A stretch of 64,000 nt of DNA from an uncultured Anaerolineae bacterium (GTDB taxonomy: Bacteria > Chloroflexota > Anaerolineae > Aggregatilineales > Ch27), in the NCBI GenBank assembly GCA_964529715.1, contig CAZGXI010000013.1, forward strand, positions 45,716-109,715, read 5' to 3'. This document shows positions 1 through 9,331 of this stretch, in pieces. Below the pieces are notes generated by a model, which was not told where the DNA came from, did not search any database, and saw only the letters and a list, made by a program, of their open reading frames with translations. Each line of letters starts with the position of its first letter. Positions within the stretch are counted from its first letter, which is position 1. A program made the translations under genes and the position numbers.

Positions 1-142
1 TCGCTATTAACAGCGAGAGGGCTGCCTTATGACATTCTGCAACCGAATCGCGCTGTAAGGACTCAGAAAAATCACTGGTCGCCGCTACGGCCATTTGCAA
101 GCGCGGCGACCAGAACTTACCTCTCATGTGGTGCGATAGACG

Positions 143-344
143 CCTACGCGAGGTGCAGGTTTTGAGCACCGGGGCCTTCAGTCCCCGGCTACGGATGCAA
201 AGTCCACTTCAGTAGACTGCCGGTCTCGGTCTTGCCCCGCATTTTTAGTCCCTTCAGCGGGCTTTGCAGACTTAGCCAGGGGGGTGAACCCCCGGCAACC
301 GGGACAGACACGGTCGTTTTTTGAAACTTACACATGGGGTCAGC
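143..344. repeat. ~200-bp imperfect-palindromic intergenic repeat element, copy A (MITE-like or structured-RNA candidate)
   Basis: Aligns nearly base-for-base over ~190 nt with 33795..33987 in the same orientation. The ends GTGCAGGTTTTGAG ... TTTGAAACTTACAC are inverted repeats. The interior is a chain of short GC hairpins with TGAA/TTCA loops. Confidence 0.75.
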
Positions 345-498
345 TTGCGCATTTGCCGCTCTACGTATATTTTTGTCATTGCTTGCGGATGTAACGCTTT
401 CGCAATAAGAATCCGGAATCAACACCGCGACCTAAACAGCGCCCTTTCCTTGTTTCCTTAAATGGCGCGGTGATGAGTGAGAAAAAAACCGCTACCTT

Positions 499-1533
499 AT
501 GACTAACAAGCGAAAGAGCCAGCATAAACCCGCCACCATGCGCGATGTCGCCAGACTGGCCGGCGTCTCTCAGCCGACGGTTTCGCGCGTTTTGAACAAC
601 CGGAACGCCACACCGGTCAGTGACGAGACCCGTAAGCGTGTTCTGTCAGCGGCCCAGGCGTTAAAGTATCGCCCCAACGACATCGCCCGGAGTTTACGGA
701 CGCGCCGCACACACACCATCGCCCTGCTGATCGCGGATATTTCCAACGGCTTTTATCATCCGCTGGCCCGCGCCGTGCAAGACGTCGCCCGGCTGCACAA
801 CTACGAAGTCTTTATTTCCAACAGCGATCATCTCTATGCCAATGAAAGGCTCTTCTGCGAGGTCGTCTCGCGCCGCTCCGTTGACGGGGTGATCATGGTG
901 CCGATTCACCTGACGACGGAGGAGCTGGCCCAGTTTCTTGCCGAAACGAACATTCCGATCACCGTGCTGGGCGAGCAGATCGACCACCCCATGATTGATG
1001 TTGTTTTTGCTAACGATAAACAGGCAACCTATGAGGCCACATGCTGGATGATCACCGAGCGCGGCTATACAAGCTTCGGCTTTATCGGCGCGAAAGACGA
1101 TCTGCCGCCTGGCCCGCGCCGGCTCGAAGGCTTTGAACGCGCCCTGAAGGAATTCGGGTTGACGCTCGATCCCCGCTTTTTGCTCAAAGGAGATTTCACC
1201 CTGGAAAGCGGCGTCGAGGCCGCGCACGCCCTGCTGGGCATCGGCGACCTGCCCAGAGCCTTGTTCGTCGTGAACGACCTCATGGCCATCGGCGTCATTC
1301 TGACTTTACAAGAAGCGGGCTACCGCGTTCCAGATGACATCGCCATCATGGGATTCGACGACATCCCGGAAGCACAAATGATCCGTCCCAAACTGACAAC
1401 GATTGCCCAGAATCCCCGCGACATCGGGCAAAAACTTGCCGAGGCCCTCTTTGAACGCATCGAATGCCCGCTGGTCATCCCCCGGCGTATCCTGGAAAGT
1501 CCCCTTCACCTGATTGTGCGCGATTCTGCCTGA
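499..1533 (+). CDS. LacI/GalR-family transcriptional regulator
   Basis: N-terminal HTH MRDVARLAGVSQPTVSRVLNN, followed by a periplasmic-binding-fold sugar-binding domain. 344-aa ORF. Confidence 0.9.
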   Translation: MTNKRKSQHKPATMRDVARLAGVSQPTVSRVLNNRNATPVSDETRKRVLSAAQALKYRPNDIARSLRTRRTHTIALLIADISNGFYHPLARAVQDVARLHNYEVFISNSDHLYANERLFCEVVSRRSVDGVIMVPIHLTTEELAQFLAETNIPITVLGEQIDHPMIDVVFANDKQATYEATCWMITERGYTSFGFIGAKDDLPPGPRRLEGFERALKEFGLTLDPRFLLKGDFTLESGVEAAHALLGIGDLPRALFVVNDLMAIGVILTLQEAGYRVPDDIAIMGFDDIPEAQMIRPKLTTIAQNPRDIGQKLAEALFERIECPLVIPRRILESPLHLIVRDSA

Positions 1534-1583
1534 CAGAGAACGGTCTGTGGAAAAAGGCCCCTCATGACCGAGAAAGGTGTCTG

Positions 1584-2600
1584 ATGAAACTCAACCGCCG
1601 TCAGTTCCTGCGCTCCTTAGGGTTTTCTGGGATGGGGCTGGCGCTTGCCCACAGCCTGAACCTGCTGAACAACCCGCTTGGGTCAGTGCTGGCCACCGGA
1701 AACCCACGTCTCCAAAACATACGCCCGGTCCACGATCCATGCATCATTAAGGAAGATGACACCTACTATCTGTTCCATACCGGGCCGGGTATCACCTGGC
1801 GCACCTCATCGGACCTGCAAAACTGGGTGCGCGGCGGGAATGTTTTCAGCCGCGTTCCCGCCTGGGCGCGTGAGGAAATCCCGGACGCCGATTCCATTTG
1901 GGCGCCAGACATCTCGTATTTCAACGACAGGTATCACCTGTATTACGCCGTCTCGACGTTTGGGAGCAACCATTCCTGCATTGGGCTGGCAACAACCCCG
2001 ACTCTCCATCCAGAGGCCGCCGATTATGGCTGGACCGATCATGGGGCAGTCATCTGGTCCCAGCCCAGTGACAACTGGAACGCGATTGACCCGAACCTTG
2101 TCCTTGACACAGACGGTCAACCCTGGCTGGCGTTCGGTAGCTTTTGGAGCGGCATCAAGATGCGCAAGATCGACCCGGAAACGGGCGGATTGTCATCTGA
2201 GGACACGCAGCTTTACGCGCTGGCCGAACGTGAGGCTCCCAACGCCATTGAAGCCCCGTTCATCATCCGGCATGGCGGCTACTACTACCTGTTCGTCTCC
2301 TTTGATTTCTGTTGTCGTGGAGCCGACAGCACCTATCACGTGGTTGTCGGGCGCTCTCAGCAGGTCACCGGCCCCTACGTAGACCGCGACGGCGTGCCCA
2401 TGCTTGAGGGCGGCGGCACCCAGGTCACATACCCGACGGCGCGCTGGCGCGGACCAGGGCACAATGCAGTTTTGCAAGAAGAAACGGGCGATTACCTGGT
2501 TTATCACGCTTACGACGCCTACTTCAACGGTCTGCCGACCCTGTTCATCTCTCCCATCACCTGGGATGCCGATGGATGGCCATCCGTCAGTGGCATGTAA
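1584..2600 (+). CDS. Tat-exported glycoside hydrolase family 43 (arabinanase/arabinofuranosidase-like)
   Basis: Twin-arginine signal MKLNRRQFLRSLGFSGMGLALA. GH43-like blocks HDPCIIKEDDTYYLFHTG, WAPDISYFNDRYHLYYAVS and IEAPFIIRHGGYYYLFVSFD. I chose the ATG at 1584 over the 1464 ORF start, which overlaps the LacI gene. Confidence 0.85.
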   Translation: MKLNRRQFLRSLGFSGMGLALAHSLNLLNNPLGSVLATGNPRLQNIRPVHDPCIIKEDDTYYLFHTGPGITWRTSSDLQNWVRGGNVFSRVPAWAREEIPDADSIWAPDISYFNDRYHLYYAVSTFGSNHSCIGLATTPTLHPEAADYGWTDHGAVIWSQPSDNWNAIDPNLVLDTDGQPWLAFGSFWSGIKMRKIDPETGGLSSEDTQLYALAEREAPNAIEAPFIIRHGGYYYLFVSFDFCCRGADSTYHVVVGRSQQVTGPYVDRDGVPMLEGGGTQVTYPTARWRGPGHNAVLQEETGDYLVYHAYDAYFNGLPTLFISPITWDADGWPSVSGM

Positions 2601-2623
2601 CCCAGGCACAGATGACCACAAAA

Positions 2624-2664
2624 AACGCCCCTGCCCATGTTATTCGCCGACGCGCAGGGGCGTT
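2624..2664. terminator. Candidate bidirectional terminator hairpin between convergent genes
   Basis: AACGCCCCTGC (2624..2634) pairs with GCAGGGGCGTT (2654..2664). An A-run lies upstream and TTTG downstream. It sits between the GH43 stop (2600) and the minus-strand stop at 2693. Confidence 0.5.
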
Positions 2665-2692
2665 TGCAGTTAAAACGTTATGCCCTTTGCTT

Positions 2693-3787
2693 TTAGGCCA
2701 TCGGAACAAGGCAGCGATATTCTTTAACTGCCTCGATCAGCGCCTTGATGTTTGCCAGCGGTACGTCCGGCATGATCTCTTGCGATGGCGCCACAATGTA
2801 CGATCCACGCGCGCCCAGCAATTCCACACAGGCCCGCACTCCCCGGCGAATCTCATCCGGCGTGCCAAAAGGCAGCAAGTTCTGGGTATCGATACCGCCG
2901 AAAAAGGTCAGCTTATCGCCGTATTGCGCCGCGATCTCCTCCAGCGGCATCGCCAGCGGCTGCACAGGGTGAATGACAGATACGCCGATCTCAATCAGGT
3001 CAGGCAAAATCGCCTGAATATCGCCGCAGGAGTGCTGAAAGATGGGCAATCCGGCCTGGCGATAGACGGCGTAGATGCGCGCCAGGCATGGCTTGAACAG
3101 CTCGCGCCAGATGGCCGGGCGCATCTGCAAACCGCGCTGCTGCCCATAGTCGTCGCCGATACGCGCGCCATGAACCCCCGCCGCGACAAACCGCCGGGCT
3201 GCCTCAACCTGGTAATCCGTGATTTTTTCCAGCAGGTCGCGCACAAAATCCGGATCGTCGTACAGGTCCATCATGAGAGCTTCGTAACCGCGCAGTGCCC
3301 ACGACCGCTCAAAAAGCGAGATGTGCTGGAAAGCCAGCACAAAATATTCTTCCCCGTCGGCTTCCACCGTTTGCTTGACCACATCCATCAGGTGCGGGTG
3401 GGTTGGATCGGGCAAGCGGTAGGTCTTCCACGCAGCCTTGTCTGCCAGCGGATGAACATCGACCCACACACCTTCGGACACGGTGCTCCAGCCGACGCCC
3501 CAGGCATCGTAGACCAGATTGTGCGTTGGGTCGGGCCGGGCGAGGCCCACTTCAGCAGCATATTGCAAGACGGGCGGGTTGTGCAGGTATTCCTCTGCAC
3601 TGGACAGAGCATAGGCATAGGCCAGATGGTTATCGGCCTCGCACGCCAGGGCCGCTTCAGAAGCAGGTAGACCCAGATAGGCGCAGATGCGCCCCACATC
3701 CTGCGGGTTGAAATCCAGTTGGCTGGGCAGCATATCCACCGGCTCGCGGCGGATCACCCGCGCGACGCGCTCTTTATGCGTGATCAT
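2693..3787 (-). CDS. Uroporphyrinogen-decarboxylase (URO-D) fold protein, MtaA/CmuA-like family
   Basis: 364-aa ORF. The C-terminal block GGIDTQNLLPFGTPDEIRRGVRACVELLGARGSYIVAPSQEI is typical of the URO-D superfamily. The equally long plus-strand ORF 2576..3670 is a high-GC shadow. Confidence 0.7.
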   Translation of the reverse strand: MITHKERVARVIRREPVDMLPSQLDFNPQDVGRICAYLGLPASEAALACEADNHLAYAYALSSAEEYLHNPPVLQYAAEVGLARPDPTHNLVYDAWGVGWSTVSEGVWVDVHPLADKAAWKTYRLPDPTHPHLMDVVKQTVEADGEEYFVLAFQHISLFERSWALRGYEALMMDLYDDPDFVRDLLEKITDYQVEAARRFVAAGVHGARIGDDYGQQRGLQMRPAIWRELFKPCLARIYAVYRQAGLPIFQHSCGDIQAILPDLIEIGVSVIHPVQPLAMPLEEIAAQYGDKLTFFGGIDTQNLLPFGTPDEIRRGVRACVELLGARGSYIVAPSQEIMPDVPLANIKALIEAVKEYRCLVPMA

Positions 3788-4091
3788 CTTTGGCCCTCCA
3801 GTGCGAACATCGACAACGGGATTGATTCCCTGTGCCTTGCATACGCGCCCTCATGAATAACCGTACAGAATTGTAGCGCGTCCTGCCAGAGGCAGCCGCG
3901 TTTCTTGATAGGCCATTGTGTGAAAACGCCGTGAATCTGGCCCTGATGTTCCTCAATATCTCAATACAAAGATGTACTCTGGCAATGAAAGTGGTAAAAT
4001 AGCCCGACTTGTCCAGGCAGTGCGCAAGCGGCGACACTCAATAAAGAAACTTCCAGCATAGCGACGTTTGCCTGCCGAATACGTACAGATT

Positions 4092-4100
4092 TGTTACAAT
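4092..4100 (+). promoter_or_regulatory. Candidate extended -10 promoter (TGtTACAAT) for the RND gene
   Basis: TGTTACAAT lies ~75 nt upstream of the ATG at 4174. No good -35 is present. Confidence 0.3.
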
Positions 4101-4173
4101 GCTCCGAATTGTCCCTGCTGGGGGGCATTTTGTTGTTGATAGCGGTTCTGCGGCGACAAGAGGAGTGCACCCG

Positions 4174-7100
4174 ATGGTCAAAGCCCTATTCGCGTTTATC
4201 ACAGAAGTCTCCCTCCGGTTCAAGTGGATCGTTGTTGGATTGGCCGCGGTGTTTCTGGTATTGGGCGCTATTGCGTTCACTCAGTTCAACCAGGAACTTA
4301 TCCCGGAGATCGAGTTTCCTGCCACGTTCATTTTGATCCAGTCGCCGGGGAAAACCCCGGATGAGTTGGTTAGCCTGCTGACTATTCCTATCGAAGAAAA
4401 CGTCAGCGCCATCGAAGACGTCATCAACGTCCAGTCTACGACTGGCAGTGGATTCGCTTTTCTGCAAATCAGCAATGACTTCGGCATCGACCAAGACGCG
4501 CTCCGCCAGGAGATACGCGCCGGCATGAATGCGGCCTGGCTGGGGTCGGGGTTGGCGCGCATATGGGAATCGGTTGATGTGGCGACGTTTCATACGACTG
4601 CCGATGTTACCCCGGCAGTCATCGACGAAGCCTGGGAAAAATGGCCCTACCTGTTAAGCGATCTCACCCTGGCCCAGCTGTTCAGTCTGCCACCTGATGC
4701 GGTTGCCGCGCTGCCCGAAGTCTTCATCGCTACCCTGCCCGAAACAACCCAGCGTAGCCTGTTGGACGCAGTCAGTGGCGTGCGCGAGGTCGGCGCGCCC
4801 ATCGATCTGCCCCAAAGCTGGTTGGGCCTGTCTCGTACCGCCGATCTGACTCCGGAAATCGTCGCACAAATCGCCGCCACTGCGCCTACCATGTTCAACT
4901 ACTTCCGTGACGAAGACGGCAACCTGATCGAAAGCTACATCTTTGCCATGTCTCCAGCGGTGATCGAGGCTCTGCCCGATGATCTCACCGCTAACATGAG
5001 CGCGTGCAGCGTCGAACAGCTCAACGCCGTCATCAGCGGCACGGCGAACGGGAGTACCCCGATCTTGCTACCGGGCGCATGGCGCAGTTCGCCGCCGGAG
5101 ATCATCAGCTTCAGCTTCAACGACCTACCGCTGGCCTCCGTCAGCGTCAGCGCTGAGGGCGTCCCTCCGGCCCAACTGCGCGGTTTGGTGCAAGATCGCG
5201 TCATCCCGCGCCTGGTCGAACTCGAAGGCATCGCCGATGCATCCCTGAGCGGTGGCCAGGTGCTTCCTGGCGAAGAAGGCGTCCAGGCTGCCAACGCGGA
5301 GGCGGACCCTGAAGAGGCGTCATCCGAGGCGACTCCAGAGGGCACGCCGCTGCCAGCTGTCTCCCCCTGGCGGTTAATTGGGGCACAGTTTGCGGCAGTT
5401 ACGGGGAAAGGCATCGAATACTACGAAGACCTCTCTCCCGAACTGGTCAACCTGATTGTGACCTTCGTCGATAGCATGGGTATCCCGCTGATCAACGGAC
5501 AGATGCTGCTGGCTCAACTGCAAAACGATACGGCCATTGCAGCATTGCCTGCCGATACGTTGGCCTGGATGCCAGCCGCTTACGTCGAAGGGCTGACCGA
5601 CGCGCAACGTGCTGCCGCCAATGCCCGTGTCGCCGCAGCGACGCGGTATCAGGCCGTCGGCGAGGCAGCGAACGCAGCGACAGAAGCCGGACGTATGCCG
5701 GTGTACTTCCGCCTGTTCGCCGAAATGGGCAAGCAGTTCGGCCTGCCGCTGTCGCTCAATGGGCCACAGGACCTTTCGCCCGAAATCGTCTCCACCTTCA
5801 ACACCCTGATACCGGGCGGGGCCGGGGTTGAATTGCTGCGCCCTCTGACGGCGGCAATGTGGGAGCAAGTCCCCGTTGAAACCCTGGGCTGGCTGCCTGC
5901 GAGCTTTGTCGCAAGCCTGGGCGAGGCAGAGCGCGCTACTATCGAAGCGCGGGCCGAGGCCGTCGGCGGCGTCGGCGCGCTGGCCGCTGCTGCCGAAGAA
6001 TCAGGCGACCTGCCGCCCTTCTTCACCCTGATCACGCAACAACCACTCCTGGGCGGTAGACGGCTGTGTGGGCCGGAGGACCTCTCGCCGGAGTTGCTCT
6101 CAACTCTGGGTTCCTTCCTGCCGCAAACCTTGAATAGCCTGCCGCCTGAAACCCTACGCCGCCTTTCGCCGGAAGCCCTGGCCGCCCTGCCTGCCAGCGT
6201 GGTTGAATCCCTGCCGGATGACCTGCGCACGGAACTGGATGAGCGCGCCGCTGCCGCCGGAGGACTCGGCGCCAGCGCGGCGGAAAACTCGGTAGCGGGA
6301 AACAATTCGCCTAACATGCCGGACTCCTGGTCGGGCAACCCTCAGCTTCCCAAGACAGCCGCCGAGATGGTCGCCAGCCAGTACGGGGCAGCAGGGTTCC
6401 TGAACCTGATCTTCCAATATGATGCCGAAGGGGCTGCCTCCCTTTTCGCCGATCTGACGCCGGAAATCGTCAACTATCTCATCGAACACCAGGAAGGGTT
6501 CCTGGATATTTTACAGCCGGGAGTACTCAGCCTGTTCCCACAGGATGTACTCGCCACGTTGCCGGAAGCCTACCAGGAAATCGCGGCCAATGCCTTCATC
6601 CCCACCGACACGGTGACGCGCACGAACGGGGAGGCCAGCCTGCTGCTGACCGTCTTCAAAGACGGGGATGCCAACACCGTCGAGGCTGCCCACCGCCTGT
6701 ACGATGAACTGGACAAACTCGAAGGCGAGATCGATGGCCTGGAAACGGTCGTCAGCTTCGAGCAGGCCAGCTTCATTGAGGAATCTATTGATGGCGTCGC
6801 GCGTGAGGGGCTGTTGGGGGCGGTGTTCGCCATCATCGTGATTTTCTTCTTCCTGCACCGTAGCTGGCGCAGCACCATCGTCACCGCCGTCAGCATCCCC
6901 CTGAGCCTCATGATCGCGTTTGCGCTCATGCTCTGGTTGGCCCCAGCGGTGCACACCCTGCTGCTGCCGCTGGCACAGAGCTACGGCGGGATATGGAGTT
7001 TCTTCATCAGCTTCTTCCCAAAGTCGGTCACGCTGAACCTGCTGACGCTGTCGGGAATGACGGTCGCCATCGGTCGCGTGGTAGACGACTCCATCGTCGT

Positions 7101-8691
7101 CCTGGAAAACATCTACCGCCACATTCACAGCGGCGATGACCCTGAGAAAGCGGTCCGGGAAGGCGCACGCGACGTTTCTATTGCCATTTTCGCTTCGACC
7201 GTGACGACGGTGGCTGTGTTCCTGCCGATTGTTCTGGCCGGCGGTCTGATCGGGACATTTTTCATCCCCTTCGGGATGGCTGTCAGTTATGCGCTAGGAG
7301 CCTCGTTCATCGTCGCCATCACGGTGATCCCAGTGCTGGCGCGCTGGTTCGTGCGCCGCAAGGACATGCCCGAACAGGCGGAAAACGGGCTTGAACGCCT
7401 TTACAAACCCGCTCTGGAATGGGCTTTAAGCCATCGCGCCATCGTGATCGTCGTTGCGGCGGTGCTCTTCACCGGAAGCATCGCGCTGCTGGTTCAACGC
7501 CCCAAAGCGTTCCTGCCATCGTTTGGCGAACCCCAGGTCTCGATTCAGGTGGGTATGCCCAGCGGCACGGGGATCATCGAGACGAACGCACTGGTGCTCG
7601 AACTGGAAGATTACATCCACCAGCTTCAGACTCAGGGGCGGCTGGGCGACTACCAGGTGTCCGTAGGTAGCAGCGGCGGCATGGCGGCAGCGTTCCTCGG
7701 CGGCGGACAGATCAACCCGGCAGCCGCAGAACTCACCGCCCTGGCGGCGGATGGCGAAGACCTCGACCGGCTGGCACAGGACATTCGCCGCGAAGCTGAA
7801 CGCATTTTCGGTGCAGACAATGTCACTGTGTCGGCGGGTTCGCTCACCGAAACGGGGCTGGCGGGTCTGAGCCTGGTACTCAGTGGCGATCTCGAAACAC
7901 TTCAGGCCATTGACCCCGACGTGCGGGCCACACTCGAAGCCTTCGACGGTCTTGCCAACATCTCCAGTTCGTTCGACCAGGCCAGCCAGGCGGGCGGCGC
8001 GGCCATCCTGCGCGTGGACCGCCAGACGGCAGTGCAATACTCCGCCGAACTGGAAACCGACGACGCCCTGGGCATCATGGCCGAGGCCAAAGATGCAGTG
8101 GTGGCAATGCTGCAAGAGCATGGCCTGGCTGATCAAGTAACCGTCGGCGAAGGATTCACGACGGAAATGCAGACCCAGGGCTTCAGCTCGATTGTCACCT
8201 CACTGGGGCTGGCGATCATCGTCGTGTACGCCGTGATGGTCATGACGTTCCGCTCATTCGTCCACCCCTTCACAATCCTGTTCAGCGTGCCGCTGGCCGT
8301 CGTCGGAGCGGCGCTGGCGCTGTTCCTGACCAATCGGGTGCTCGATCTGTCGGCGATGGTGGGTATGCTGATGCTGGTCGGCATCGTCGTGACCAACGCT
8401 ATCGTCATGATCGACCGCGTGCAGTCGAATCGCAAGGAGCGCGGCATGGGCGCTTATGATGGGCTGGTCGAAGGCGCTCGCACACGCCTACGTCCGATCC
8501 TGATGACGGCGCTGGCCGCGATCTTTGCCCTGTTCCCTCTGGCTGCACAACTAATGGGACCGGGTGGCGCGATCATCTCCGCCAGTCTGGGTACGGTCGT
8601 GATCGGCGGACTGCTGACCAGCACGTTCTTCACGCTGCTGGTGGTGCCGGTAGTGTATCTCTCGCTGGACCGCCTGACGCGACGGCGCTAA
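4174..8691 (+). CDS. RND-superfamily efflux/export permease with a very large repetitive insertion in the first extracytoplasmic loop
   Basis: AGGAG lies 9 nt before the ATG at 4174. N-terminal TM FKWIVVGLAAVFLVLGAIAF. RND-type TM bundles follow (LLGAVFAIIVIFFFL..., SLGLAIIVVYAVMVMTF..., LRPILMTALAAIFALFPLA). The protein is ~1505 aa, against ~1050 aa for typical RND pumps. Confidence 0.8.
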   Translation: MVKALFAFITEVSLRFKWIVVGLAAVFLVLGAIAFTQFNQELIPEIEFPATFILIQSPGKTPDELVSLLTIPIEENVSAIEDVINVQSTTGSGFAFLQISNDFGIDQDALRQEIRAGMNAAWLGSGLARIWESVDVATFHTTADVTPAVIDEAWEKWPYLLSDLTLAQLFSLPPDAVAALPEVFIATLPETTQRSLLDAVSGVREVGAPIDLPQSWLGLSRTADLTPEIVAQIAATAPTMFNYFRDEDGNLIESYIFAMSPAVIEALPDDLTANMSACSVEQLNAVISGTANGSTPILLPGAWRSSPPEIISFSFNDLPLASVSVSAEGVPPAQLRGLVQDRVIPRLVELEGIADASLSGGQVLPGEEGVQAANAEADPEEASSEATPEGTPLPAVSPWRLIGAQFAAVTGKGIEYYEDLSPELVNLIVTFVDSMGIPLINGQMLLAQLQNDTAIAALPADTLAWMPAAYVEGLTDAQRAAANARVAAATRYQAVGEAANAATEAGRMPVYFRLFAEMGKQFGLPLSLNGPQDLSPEIVSTFNTLIPGGAGVELLRPLTAAMWEQVPVETLGWLPASFVASLGEAERATIEARAEAVGGVGALAAAAEESGDLPPFFTLITQQPLLGGRRLCGPEDLSPELLSTLGSFLPQTLNSLPPETLRRLSPEALAALPASVVESLPDDLRTELDERAAAAGGLGASAAENSVAGNNSPNMPDSWSGNPQLPKTAAEMVASQYGAAGFLNLIFQYDAEGAASLFADLTPEIVNYLIEHQEGFLDILQPGVLSLFPQDVLATLPEAYQEIAANAFIPTDTVTRTNGEASLLLTVFKDGDANTVEAAHRLYDELDKLEGEIDGLETVVSFEQASFIEESIDGVAREGLLGAVFAIIVIFFFLHRSWRSTIVTAVSIPLSLMIAFALMLWLAPAVHTLLLPLAQSYGGIWSFFISFFPKSVTLNLLTLSGMTVAIGRVVDDSIVVLENIYRHIHSGDDPEKAVREGARDVSIAIFASTVTTVAVFLPIVLAGGLIGTFFIPFGMAVSYALGASFIVAITVIPVLARWFVRRKDMPEQAENGLERLYKPALEWALSHRAIVIVVAAVLFTGSIALLVQRPKAFLPSFGEPQVSIQVGMPSGTGIIETNALVLELEDYIHQLQTQGRLGDYQVSVGSSGGMAAAFLGGGQINPAAAELTALAADGEDLDRLAQDIRREAERIFGADNVTVSAGSLTETGLAGLSLVLSGDLETLQAIDPDVRATLEAFDGLANISSSFDQASQAGGAAILRVDRQTAVQYSAELETDDALGIMAEAKDAVVAMLQEHGLADQVTVGEGFTTEMQTQGFSSIVTSLGLAIIVVYAVMVMTFRSFVHPFTILFSVPLAVVGAALALFLTNRVLDLSAMVGMLMLVGIVVTNAIVMIDRVQSNRKERGMGAYDGLVEGARTRLRPILMTALAAIFALFPLAAQLMGPGGAIISASLGTVVIGGLLTSTFFTLLVVPVVYLSLDRLTRRR

Positions 8692-8866
8692 GAAAAAACG
8701 GTAGCAAGATCGCACGGCAGGCGCATGGAAAAAGGAGACTCCTCCGACGCGCCTGCCACAACAGTATTCGGAAATAGGTTCGGCTAACGGGCGGTGGCGC
8801 CGTTGGCCGAACCCACATTCATTTTCACGTCACAACCGGACTGTTACCACAAAGTGAGGAACAAGA

Positions 8867-8894
8867 ATTGACAACACAACTGTCGGTTGTATAT
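8867..8894 (+). promoter_or_regulatory. Candidate sigma-70-type promoter TTGACA-N16-TATATT
   Basis: TTGACA at 8867..8872 and TATATT at 8889..8894, in an AT-rich patch ~45 nt upstream of the CheY-like gene. Confidence 0.45.
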
Positions 8895-8938
8895 TAAGTA
8901 AGTGGACGTGTGGATCGCGGACGACCGGCATATCTGGA

Positions 8939-9313
8939 GTGAGCATGAGCACAAAACGGGTACTCATTGCGGAAGACGATGCGGATTTACGTGCACTTTT
9001 CGCCATGCTGCTTCAACAAGAGCAATACGAGGTCCAGGATGCTGCTGATGGACTGCAAGTCCTGGCCCAACTTGAGGCGCAAGTCCCTGACCTGCTAATT
9101 CTCGACATTAACATGCCCAAATTCTCCGGGCTAGAAGTTCTAAAGCACCTGCGGCAAAAACCCGAAACACGGGCAATGAAAATCATTGTCCTGACGGCCA
9201 ACGCCATCGCCGCTGCAAATTCCCCTGAGATTCAATACGCCGACATGACGCTCCTCAAGCCAGTGGGAGTAGCCGATCTGATACGCCTGGTCGAACGCCT
9301 GCTGGCCGATTAA
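8939..9313 (+). CDS. Single-domain response regulator (CheY-like receiver)
   Basis: Receiver motifs: IAEDDAD acidic pocket, LLILDINMP phospho-Asp, VLTAN and LLKP. GTG start at 8939, with an alternative ATG at 8945. Confidence 0.85.
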   Translation: MSMSTKRVLIAEDDADLRALFAMLLQQEQYEVQDAADGLQVLAQLEAQVPDLLILDINMPKFSGLEVLKHLRQKPETRAMKIIVLTANAIAAANSPEIQYADMTLLKPVGVADLIRLVERLLAD

Positions 9314-9331
9314 CTGGGGAGAAAGCGCGGC

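Noticed and set aside
77-111. 9-bp-stem hairpin near the window start as a terminator feature
   Set aside because: No upstream gene can be defined in the 76 nt available, and the plus-strand side lacks a T-tract. I mention it only in connection with repeat copy A.
189-425. 78-aa minus-strand ORF at the left end of the window
   Set aside because: It is almost entirely encoded by the palindromic repeat element (143..344). It has no RBS and no protein-like composition, so it is most likely a repeat-derived artefact.
1464-1583. N-terminal extension of the GH43 ORF that overlaps the LacI gene by 70 nt
   Set aside because: The internal ATG at 1584 begins a textbook twin-arginine signal peptide. 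The extension has no signal-like or conserved character.
2576-3670. 364-aa plus-strand ORF mirroring the URO-D-fold gene
   Set aside because: This is a high-GC antisense shadow ORF. Its translation is Arg/Ala/Gln-rich with no motifs, whereas the minus-strand product has clear URO-D-family blocks.
3917-3945. TGTGAAAACGCCGTGAAT as a possible LacI-family operator
   Set aside because: It is not palindromic, and it is distant from both the LacI gene and the GH43 gene, so support is insufficient.
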